Positions 29,857 to 37,653 of a DNA stretch of 64,000 nucleotides are shown piece after piece. The DNA is from Alphaproteobacteria bacterium. GTDB lineage: Bacteria; Pseudomonadota; Alphaproteobacteria; Bin95. The stretch covers positions 2,016,001 through 2,080,000 of the forward strand of contig CBDBGH010000003.1 of NCBI GenBank assembly GCA_965205265.1. Direction: 5' to 3'. The notes under the pieces were generated by a model. The model saw only the letters and a program-made list of their open reading frames with translations. It made no database searches and was not told where the DNA came from. The translations under genes were made by a program, and so were the position numbers. How positions within the stretch are numbered: position 1 is the first letter of the stretch; each line of letters opens with the position of its first letter.

Positions 29857-30795
29857 ATGGGGTTCCTCACCTATGTCGTCCTGCCGCTCGCGGTCCTGAC
29901 CGGGCTCGCCTGGACGGCCCGCGCCGGCTTCCGCGCCATCGCCGGCCCGTTCGGCGCCGTCTTCCGCGCCATGCCGTTGACCGCGGCTTTCGGGCTGACC
30001 GTGGTGCTGCTCTACGTGCTGGCGGCGCTGGCGGCGCCGGCGATTGCGCCCTATGGCGAGTCCCAGGTCTTCGACGAGTTCAACCTCTTCCCCGGCGAGA
30101 ACCCGGATTTCGTGCTCGGCACCGACCAGCTCGGCCGCGACCTGCTCACGCGCCTGCTTTACGGCGGGCGCAACACCATCGGCATCGCCTTCGTGACCAC
30201 GGCGCTCGCCTTCCTCATCGGCGCGACCTTCGGTTTCGTCGCCGCCGTGCTCGGCGGCTGGCTGGACCAGGCGGTTTCGCGCACGGTGGATGTGCTGATG
30301 GCGATTCCGCAGCTCATCTTCGCGCTGCTGCTGCTCACCATTTTCGGGCAGTCCACGATCAACATGATCCTGGTGATCGCCGTGCTGGATTCGACGCGCG
30401 TCTTCCGCCTCGCCCGCGCGGTCGGCGGCAATATCGTGGTGATGGACTATATCGAGGCCGCGAAGCTGCGCGGCGAGGGGCTCGGATACCTGATCTTCAA
30501 GGAAATCCTGCCGAATGCCGCCGCGCCCCTGCTGGCGGAGTTCGGGCTGCGCTTCTGCTTCGTGTTCCTGCTGATTGCGGCGCTGAGTTTCCTCGGCATC
30601 GGCATCCAGCCGCCGCTCGCGGACTGGGGCACGATGGTGCGCGAGCTTTCCATCTATATCGGCTATGCGGAATACGGCGACTGGCAGGCGGCGTCCCTGC
30701 CGCTGCTGCCGGCGGCGGCCATCGCGCTGCTCACGGTCGCGATCAACTTCACCGTGGACTGGATGCTCGACCGCTATTCGGGCCTGAAGAACTGA
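29857..30795 (+). CDS. Peptide/nickel-type ABC permease (DppC-like)
   Basis: LGTDQLGRD, YIEAAKLRG, LSFLGIGIQPP. Confidence 0.9.
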   Translation: MGFLTYVVLPLAVLTGLAWTARAGFRAIAGPFGAVFRAMPLTAAFGLTVVLLYVLAALAAPAIAPYGESQVFDEFNLFPGENPDFVLGTDQLGRDLLTRLLYGGRNTIGIAFVTTALAFLIGATFGFVAAVLGGWLDQAVSRTVDVLMAIPQLIFALLLLTIFGQSTINMILVIAVLDSTRVFRLARAVGGNIVVMDYIEAAKLRGEGLGYLIFKEILPNAAAPLLAEFGLRFCFVFLLIAALSFLGIGIQPPLADWGTMVRELSIYIGYAEYGDWQAASLPLLPAAAIALLTVAINFTVDWMLDRYSGLKN

Positions 30796-30814
30796 GACCG
30801 AGGAGACTGGAGCG

Positions 30815-32470
30815 ATGAACGGCGGCGGCCTGACGACCATCCGGAACCTCAGGATCGAAGGACTGGCGGGGGAAGACTGGCTGCCGATCGTGAACGGCAT
30901 CGACCTCGATCTCGACCGCGGCGAAGTGCTCGGCCTCATCGGCGAGTCGGGCGCAGGAAAATCCACGGTCGGCCTGGCCGCCATGGGCTTCACGCGCGAC
31001 GGCTGCCGCATCGCCGGCGGATCCATCGAGTTCGACGGCATCGACCTGGTGGCGGCATCGGAGGAAACCAGGCGCGGCCTGCTCGGCCGGCGCATCGCCT
31101 ATGTCGCGCAGTCGGCGGCGGCAAGCTTCAACCCGGCGCACCGGCTCATCGACCAGCACACCGAGGGGCCGGTGCTGCACGGCGTCTCCTCGCAGCAGGA
31201 GAGCCAGGAAGACGCGATGGCGCTCTATGCCCGCCTCCGGCTGCCGGAGCCGGAAAGCATCGGCTTCCGCTATCCGCACCAGGTCTCCGGCGGGCAGTTG
31301 CAGCGCGCCATGACCGCGATGGCGATGTCATGCCGCCCGGACCTCATCGTCTTCGACGAGCCGACCACGGCGCTCGATGTCACCACGCAGATCGAGGTGC
31401 TGGCCGCGATCCGCGACATCGTCGAGCAGTTCGGCACCGCAGCCATCTACATCACCCACGACCTCGCCGTGGTGGCGCAGATGGCGGACCGGATCAAGGT
31501 GCTGCTGAAGGGCGACGAAGTGGAGGAGAACGACACGCGCTCCATGCTGTCGGACCCACAGGAGGACTACACGAAGTCGCTCTGGGCGGTGAGGAGCTTC
31601 CGGCGTCCGGAACAGCCGCCGGCCGGCGGAGGCGCGCAGCCCGTCATCGCCGTGTCGGGAGTGACGGCCGGCTACGGCGCTGCCGCCGATGTGCTGCACG
31701 AGGTGTCCTTCGACATCCATGCCGGGCGGACGGTTGCGGTGGTGGGCGAGTCGGGCTCCGGCAAATCGACCGTCGCGCGCTGCATCACGGGCCTGTTGCC
31801 GCCACGCAGCGGGGAGGTGCGGTTCAACGGCAACGCCCTGCCCGCCAGCTACCGGGACCGCAGCAAGGACCAGCTCCGGCAGGTCCAGATGATCTACCAG
31901 ATGGCTGACACGGCGCTGAACCCGAAGCTCCGCATCCGGGACATCGTCGGGCGCCCGGTGCAGTTCTACCGGGGGCTCCGGGGCGCCGGATTGCGCCGGC
32001 GGGTGGAAGAGCTGCTGGAGCAGATCGAGATGGAGCCGGACCTCTACATAGACCGGCTGCCGTCCGAGCTTTCGGGCGGGCAGAAGCAGCGCATCGGCAT
32101 AGCGCGCGCGCTCGCGGCGGATGCGCAGTTTATCATCTGCGACGAGGTGACCTCCGCGCTCGACCAGCTTGTCGCGGAGGGCATCCTGAAACTGCTCGAC
32201 CGGCTCCAGAACGAGCTCGACCTCGCCTACATGTTCATCACCCACGACCTCGCCACGGTGCGCGCCATCGCCGACGAGGTGGTGGTGATGAAGGACGGCC
32301 ATGTCGTGGAAGCAGGGCCGAAGACGGAAATGTTTACCCCGCCGCACCACGACTATACCGACCTGCTGCTGAGCTCCGTGCCGGAAATGGACCCGGACTG
32401 GCTCGACCGGCTGCTGGAGCAGCGCGGCGTGGACAATATCGGGGAGGCGGCGCGCGTTAGGCTCGACTAG
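30815..32470 (+). CDS. ABC ATP-binding protein with two NBDs
   Basis: GESGAGKS and GESGSGKS Walker A motifs; two SGGQ signatures. Confidence 0.92.
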   Translation: MNGGGLTTIRNLRIEGLAGEDWLPIVNGIDLDLDRGEVLGLIGESGAGKSTVGLAAMGFTRDGCRIAGGSIEFDGIDLVAASEETRRGLLGRRIAYVAQSAAASFNPAHRLIDQHTEGPVLHGVSSQQESQEDAMALYARLRLPEPESIGFRYPHQVSGGQLQRAMTAMAMSCRPDLIVFDEPTTALDVTTQIEVLAAIRDIVEQFGTAAIYITHDLAVVAQMADRIKVLLKGDEVEENDTRSMLSDPQEDYTKSLWAVRSFRRPEQPPAGGGAQPVIAVSGVTAGYGAAADVLHEVSFDIHAGRTVAVVGESGSGKSTVARCITGLLPPRSGEVRFNGNALPASYRDRSKDQLRQVQMIYQMADTALNPKLRIRDIVGRPVQFYRGLRGAGLRRRVEELLEQIEMEPDLYIDRLPSELSGGQKQRIGIARALAADAQFIICDEVTSALDQLVAEGILKLLDRLQNELDLAYMFITHDLATVRAIADEVVVMKDGHVVEAGPKTEMFTPPHHDYTDLLLSSVPEMDPDWLDRLLEQRGVDNIGEAARVRLD

Positions 32471-32519
32471 AATACAGGGCAGATTTGCACAAATACCGAA
32501 ACTCTCTCAGGGAGGCTTT
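32471..32519 (+). repeat. 49-bp target-site duplication, left copy
   Basis: AATACAGGGCAGATTTGCACAAATACCGAAACTCTCTCAGGGAGGCTTT, identical to 34436-34484. Confidence 0.92.
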
Positions 32520-34435
32520 CCTGACTTCGACGGTTGGGCTGACTTCTGACCGATCTCGCGTCTGGAGTTTTCAGTAAAGCCAATGAGTTGGCAGTTGCGG
32601 TGCGGTCAAGCTGCGTTGTAGTGCCTAGTAAATCTTTGAGACTGTCAATGCCTCCGCCACGCGCTACACTCCCCCCATGTTCGTGCGCATCAAGACCTCC
32701 CCCAACAGCCCGCGACGCTCGGTCCAGATCGTCGAGGCCGTGCGCGACGGCGGCAAGGTCCGACAGCGCATCGTCCGCCATGTCGGCGTGGCCATGGACG
32801 AGGACGAGCTCGAGCGCCTGAGGCAGCTCGGCGAGTACGTCAAGGCGAAGCTGGAGGACGAGCGTCAGCCGGCATTGTTTGCGCCCGAGAAGATCGCTGA
32901 GCAGGCGATCCGTGTCGGCCGCCGGGGGGACGGCAAGGAGGAACTCCCGGTCGACCTCAAGCAGCTTGAAGAGGAGCAGCGCCTGATCACAGGCATCCAC
33001 GAGGTCTATGGCGAGATCTACCGGCTGCTGGGCCTCGACGCGCTGCTGCCGCGCTCGCGCTACCGGGCCTCCCATGACGCGCTGTTCCATGTGGTGATGG
33101 CGCGGGTAGCCAACCCCGACAGCAAGCGGGGCAGCGTGCGCCGGCTCGAGGAGGACTTCGGCGTGAGTCTTCCGCTCGAGAAGGTCTACCGGATGATGGA
33201 TCAGCTCGACGCGACGGTGATCGAGCGACTGCGCACGCGCGTCGGCGAGGCGAGCCGGTCGCTGCTGCCGGAGCCGGTCGCGATCCTCTTCTTCGATTGC
33301 ACCACGCTCTACTTCGAGACGGCCGCCGAGGACGAGCTTCGCCAGCACGGCTTCAGCAAGGACGGCAAACACAAGGACTCGCAGGTTCTGCTGGCGCTGA
33401 TGGTGACGCGCGAAGGGCTGCCGATCAGCTACGAGGTCTTCCCCGGCGCCACCTACGAGGGACACAGCATGGTCCCGGTCCTGCAGGACATGCAGCGCCG
33501 CCACCAGGTGGAGCGCACGGTATGCGTGGCCGACCGGGGCATGCTGAGCGCCGACAACCTCGACGCCATGGACGCCATCGGCGGCGAGTATGTCGTCGGC
33601 GCGCGGCTGCGCAAGCTGCCGCTCGCGCTGCTGGGGCAGGTTCTCGACCCCGGGACCTATGCCCCGCTGGAGGGCTCACAGGACCGCCGGGTCGGCGAGT
33701 GGGAGTACAAGGGCCGTCGCCTGATCGTCGTCTTCTGCCCCCAGCGCGCACGCAAGGACGCGCACGAGCGCCGCCATCAGGTGGAACGCCTGCTCGACAG
33801 GCTGGCCCGCAGCGACAATCCCAGGGAACTGCTCTCCAATCACGGGGCGAAGCGCTTCATCGCCGTCGAGGGCGACGCACGGCTCACGGTGAACCCGGAG
33901 AAGATCGCCGAGGCCGCACGATGGGACGGGCTCACCGGCGTCATCACCAATCTGCGCGACGCGCGCGTCACCGAAGTGATGGCTCACTACCAGGGGCTCT
34001 GGCAGGTCGAGGAGAGCTTCCGGATCACCAAACACGACCTGAAGATACGTCCCATCTGGCACTGGAACCCGGACCGGATCCGCGCTCACATCGCCATCGC
34101 CTTCCTGGCCTTCGCCTGCGTTCGACACCTTGCGTACCGCGTCGCCATCCAGAAGCGGCGGATGTCCCCGGAGGTCATCCGCTCCGCCCTCGTCCACCGC
34201 CAGTGCTCCCTGCTGCGCTGTCGGCAATCGGGCAACCGCTACGTCATCCCCTCGAAGCCGACACCGGCGGCGGAGCAGATTTACGCAACCATGGGGCTGC
34301 CCCTGACGATCACCCCGTATCAACTCGCCTGACCGTCGACGAAGCACGGCTCGAAGAAATGCCGGATGTAGTGCCTAGCCGAAATGAGAACCAGGCAATA
34401 TCAACTACTTATGCGAATCAACCGTCGAAGTCAGG
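32520..34435 (+). mobile_element. IS1634-family insertion sequence
   Basis: Perfect 17-bp TIRs CCTGACTTCGACGGTTG / CAACCGTCGAAGTCAGG; one transposase ORF; long flanking direct repeats. Confidence 0.92.
32677..34332 (+). CDS. IS1634-family DDE transposase
   Basis: FFDCTTLYFE, GFSKDGK, VADRGM, YQGLWQVEESFRITKHDL, RPIWHW, IRAHIAIAF. Confidence 0.92.
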   Translation: MFVRIKTSPNSPRRSVQIVEAVRDGGKVRQRIVRHVGVAMDEDELERLRQLGEYVKAKLEDERQPALFAPEKIAEQAIRVGRRGDGKEELPVDLKQLEEEQRLITGIHEVYGEIYRLLGLDALLPRSRYRASHDALFHVVMARVANPDSKRGSVRRLEEDFGVSLPLEKVYRMMDQLDATVIERLRTRVGEASRSLLPEPVAILFFDCTTLYFETAAEDELRQHGFSKDGKHKDSQVLLALMVTREGLPISYEVFPGATYEGHSMVPVLQDMQRRHQVERTVCVADRGMLSADNLDAMDAIGGEYVVGARLRKLPLALLGQVLDPGTYAPLEGSQDRRVGEWEYKGRRLIVVFCPQRARKDAHERRHQVERLLDRLARSDNPRELLSNHGAKRFIAVEGDARLTVNPEKIAEAARWDGLTGVITNLRDARVTEVMAHYQGLWQVEESFRITKHDLKIRPIWHWNPDRIRAHIAIAFLAFACVRHLAYRVAIQKRRMSPEVIRSALVHRQCSLLRCRQSGNRYVIPSKPTPAAEQIYATMGLPLTITPYQLA

Positions 34436-34484
34436 AATACAGGGCAGATTTGCACAAATACCGAAACTCTCTCAGGGAGGCTTT
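34436..34484 (+). repeat. 49-bp target-site duplication, right copy (contains the SBP ribosome-binding site)
   Basis: Identical to 32471-32519; GGAGG lies just before ATG 34488. Confidence 0.92.
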
Positions 34485-34487
34485 GCC

Positions 34488-36032
34488 ATGAACGTTAAAC
34501 TGGACAGACGAACGCTGCTCAAGGCGAGCGCCGCAACGGCGCTTGCCGCCGGCGTGGGGACAGGGCCGGCAGCCGCTGCCGGGCCGAAGGTAGGCGGCAG
34601 GCTGCGGCTCGGCCTCTCCGGCGGCAACACCACGGACAGCTGGGACGGACGCACCCATTCCGATGTGTTCATGCAGGTCGCAGCCCAGGGCGGCGTGTTC
34701 GACTGCGTCACCGAGGTCGCCGCCGACGGCTCGCTGGTCGGCGAGCTTGCAGAAAGCTGGGAGCCCTCGGCCGACCTCGTGACCTGGACCTTCAACCTGC
34801 GCAAGGGAGTCGAGTTCCACAACGGCAAGAGCTTCGGCGCGGACGATGTGATCGAGTCGCTGCAGCTGCATGTGGCGAAGGGCGCCAAGTCGCCCGCCAA
34901 GCCGCTCGTCGAGCCCATTGTCGAAATGAAGAAGATGAACGACCACCAGGTCCAGTTCGTCCTCAATGCCGGCAATGCGGACTTCCCCTACCTGCTCGCC
35001 GACTACCACATCCTGATCCATCCGGCCGGCATGGTGGACGAGAGCATCCGCAAGGGTATCGGCACGGGCGCCTACCGCAATCTCGGCTTCGACCCGGGCG
35101 TGCGCCTGGAGCTGGAGCGCAATCCGAACGCCCACAAGCAGACCTGGTTCGACGAGGTCGAGGCGATCTCGATCACCGACCCGGCGGCGCGCGTCAGTGC
35201 GCTGATGACCGGCGAGGTGGACGCGATCAGCCGCATCGACGCCAAGTCGGTGCGCCTGCTGGACCGCAATCCGGGCGTGGAGGTGTCGGAGGTCACGGGC
35301 AATCAGCACTACACCTTCCCGATGATCACCACGGCCGCGCCCTTCGACAGCAACGATGTGCGCCTCGCGCTGAAATACCTGTTCGACCGCGAGGACCTGG
35401 TCCGCAAGATCCTGCTGGGCCACGGCAAGGTCGGCAACGACCACCCGATCGGGCCGGCGAACCGCTTCTATTATGCGGATCTGGAGCAGCGGGTTTACGA
35501 CCCCGAGAAGGCGAAATTCCACCTGAAGAAGGCCGGGGTGGACAGCCTGCAGCTCGACCTCTCGGCCTCCGACGCCGCCTTCGCGGGCGCGGTGGACGCC
35601 GCGCAGCTCTTCCAGGAATCGGCGAAAGCCGGCGGCGTGAGCATCAATGTCATCAAGGAGCCGGCGGACGGCTACTGGTCCAATGTGTGGATGAAGAAGC
35701 CGTTCTGCGCCTGCTTCTGGTCCGGCCGCGCGACCGAGGACCTGATGTTCTCGACCGCCTATGCGGCCGGCCAGCCCTGGAACGACAGCTATTGGGAGCA
35801 TGAGCGCTTCAACAAGCTGCTCGCCGAGGCGCGGACCGAAGTGGACGAGGCCAGGCGCCGGGAGCTCTATTACGAGATGCAGGTCATCACCCGCGACGAA
35901 GGCGGCGTGGCCGTGCCGATGTATGCGAACTGGATCGACGCCAAGTCCAAGAAGCTGGCCCATGGCGAGCATCTGGGCAATGTCTGGGCGCTCGATTCCG
36001 CGCGCATCATGGAGCGCTGGTGGTTCGCCTGA
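34488..36032 (+). CDS. Family 5 ABC substrate-binding protein with Tat signal
   Basis: LDRRTLLK Tat motif; LAESWE, WTFNLRKGVEFHNG, GTGAY. Confidence 0.92.
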   Translation: MNVKLDRRTLLKASAATALAAGVGTGPAAAAGPKVGGRLRLGLSGGNTTDSWDGRTHSDVFMQVAAQGGVFDCVTEVAADGSLVGELAESWEPSADLVTWTFNLRKGVEFHNGKSFGADDVIESLQLHVAKGAKSPAKPLVEPIVEMKKMNDHQVQFVLNAGNADFPYLLADYHILIHPAGMVDESIRKGIGTGAYRNLGFDPGVRLELERNPNAHKQTWFDEVEAISITDPAARVSALMTGEVDAISRIDAKSVRLLDRNPGVEVSEVTGNQHYTFPMITTAAPFDSNDVRLALKYLFDREDLVRKILLGHGKVGNDHPIGPANRFYYADLEQRVYDPEKAKFHLKKAGVDSLQLDLSASDAAFAGAVDAAQLFQESAKAGGVSINVIKEPADGYWSNVWMKKPFCACFWSGRATEDLMFSTAYAAGQPWNDSYWEHERFNKLLAEARTEVDEARRRELYYEMQVITRDEGGVAVPMYANWIDAKSKKLAHGEHLGNVWALDSARIMERWWFA

Positions 36033-36060
36033 CCGCGAGGCCGCATAGCAGCCGGTAATG

Positions 36061-36095
36061 GGGCCGCCGCGGCATCGCGCGGCGGCCCTTTCTTG
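36061..36095 (+). terminator. Rho-independent terminator
   Basis: GGGCCGCCGCG-loop-CGCGGCGGCCC followed by TTTCTT, between convergent genes. Confidence 0.75.
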
Positions 36096-36104
36096 TCAGC
36101 CGCG

Positions 36105-36605
36105 TTACTCCACCGGAGTGTCGATGCAGTCGAGCGCCCAGATGTCGTAGACCGGGTGCTCCAGCGCCGACATGGCGGGGCTCGACGCGAACATCCACCC
36201 CTGGAAGAGCCGGACCGGCGGGGCGTCCCGGCGGCGTTCGACGATGGTGAGGAAGACCGCGCTTTCCGGCGGCTCCTCGGGCGGGCGCTTCCGGCAGGCC
36301 CAGACGCTGACCTCCAACGTGCCGAAGCGCTCCGTGCGCTCCAGCGGGATCGTCAGGGTGGAAATCCGCGCGGTGACCTTGTCGAGCCCCTGCAGCACCG
36401 CCATCCCCATCTCGCGATAGGTGAATGTCGCCCCCTGCCCGGCCGCCGGGGCCGCCGCGGCCAGCAGCAGCGGAAGCGCCAGGGCCCCGCACAGGCGGGA
36501 TCGCCACAGGAGGAAAGCCTTGCGGCGGCGGGCCCTAGCGTCCCCGGCTGCTTTCTCGTCATGCCCGGACTCGTTCCGGGCATGACGGAGAGCGCGCTCA
36601 GGCAT
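36105..36605 (-). CDS. DUF2155-like protein (start uncertain)
   Basis: LQGLDKVTAR, FGTL, C.KRPPEEPPE, FQGWMFASSP...EHPVYDIW..C; next to mlaD. Confidence 0.8.
   Translation of the reverse strand: MPERALRHARNESGHDEKAAGDARARRRKAFLLWRSRLCGALALPLLLAAAAPAAGQGATFTYREMGMAVLQGLDKVTARISTLTIPLERTERFGTLEVSVWACRKRPPEEPPESAVFLTIVERRRDAPPVRLFQGWMFASSPAMSALEHPVYDIWALDCIDTPVE
36557..36587. repeat. Intact 31-bp REP palindrome (empty MITE target)
   Basis: CGTCATGCCCGGACTCGTTCCGGGCATGACG is the exact reverse complement of the reconstructed pre-insertion site at 28364. Confidence 0.9.
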
Positions 36606-36643
36606 GACGGAGAGAAACGGCGGCCGGCCGTCGGCCCCGGGCC

Positions 36644-37099
36644 TCAGCCCTTCTTGTCATCGGCGCCGCCGAAGATGAAGCGGCCGATCAGGTCCTCGAG
36701 GCTGACCGAGGACTGCGCGAAGCGGATGCTGCCGCCCGGCGGGATGGTGTCGTCCTCGGCGCCGGGCGTCAGCTGCGCATACTTGCCGCCGAGCAGGCTT
36801 TCGCTCGCGATCTTGACGGAGCTGTCGGTCGGCAGCTTGACGGAGGGGTCGATGGAAAAGGTGACCAGCGCGGTAAAGGTCTCCTTGTCGAGCCGCTGGC
36901 CGGACACCGTGCCGACCTTGATGCCGCTCATCCGCACGTCGTCGCCGACGGCGAGCCCGCCGATATTGTCGAACTCGGCCGTGATCTCGTAGCCGCCGCC
37001 GCGGCCGAGATCGGCGGTCGAATAGGCGAAGAACACGAAAGCCGCCGCGGCCAGCAGCACCGCCGCCCCCGTCAGTGTCTCCAGCACGCTGCGCCGCAT
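36644..37099 (-). CDS. mlaD: MlaD/MCE lipid asymmetry protein
   Basis: ETLTGAAVL, FDNIGGL..G.DV..SGIKVG.V, LLGGKY..L.PG. Confidence 0.9.
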   Translation of the reverse strand: MRRSVLETLTGAAVLLAAAAFVFFAYSTADLGRGGGYEITAEFDNIGGLAVGDDVRMSGIKVGTVSGQRLDKETFTALVTFSIDPSVKLPTDSSVKIASESLLGGKYAQLTPGAEDDTIPPGGSIRFAQSSVSLEDLIGRFIFGGADDKKG

Positions 37100-37101
37100 C
37101 G

Positions 37102-37455
37102 TCAGGGCGTCCAGGCCTCGTAGTCGCCCGTCGCCGCCGCCCGGCGCCCGCCGGCGAAATCGTGTCCGGGCGGGCGGTAGGCTTCCGGCGTGCCGGTCAT
37201 GTTCGGCTCGTGCGGGCGCTGCCAGGGATAGCGCGGCCGGTCGGCGGCCGGCGGCTCGTCCGCCATGCGGTGCAGCCAGGCATGCCATTCCGGCGGCACG
37301 CGCGAGGCCTCCACCGGCCCGTCATAGACGACCCAGCGCCGCTCGCGCCCGTGCAGGCGGCCCCGGCGGCTGCGGTAGTAGCGGTTGCCCTGCCCGTCCT
37401 CGCCGACGAACTCGCCCTGCATCCAGGTGTAAAGCCGCGTCCCGATGGAAGTCAC
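37102..37455 (-). CDS. NDUFA12-family (complex I 17.2-kDa) protein
   Basis: GEDGQGNRYY, RRWVVY, ASRVPPEWHAWLH, PNMTGT, DYEAWTP. Confidence 0.9.
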   Translation of the reverse strand: MTSIGTRLYTWMQGEFVGEDGQGNRYYRSRRGRLHGRERRWVVYDGPVEASRVPPEWHAWLHRMADEPPAADRPRYPWQRPHEPNMTGTPEAYRPPGHDFAGGRRAAATGDYEAWTP

Positions 37456-37591
37456 GAGCCGGGTCCCTCCGGAATCTCCGGCCCTTATCGCACTACCCGG
37501 TTGGCCGGGTCAATGTCCTGTGAAAGCGCCGCTTTCTGCCCGGGGCGTCGCGAACGGCAGATACTGCCAATAGTGTTTTTCACAACATTCG

Positions 37592-37607
37592 CTACAAAAT
37601 CTGGCAA
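37592..37607 (+). promoter_or_regulatory. Candidate NrdR box
   Basis: CTACAAAATCTGGCAA resembles the NrdR consensus; AT-rich region upstream of nrdJ. Confidence 0.45.
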
Positions 37608-37653
37608 TTTTCGGTTAGGCTGAGGGTTCGTTGGCCGTTTAACCGATTCGAGG

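Noticed and set aside
32520-32536. IS1634 as the autonomous partner of the MITE
   Set aside because: The TIRs share little beyond CGGTT, and the TSDs (49 versus 9 bp) and targets differ.
33297-36032. 911-aa ORF as a transposase-SBP fusion
   Set aside because: The N-terminal part is an off-frame read through the IS; the real SBP starts at 34488 with an RBS and Tat signal.
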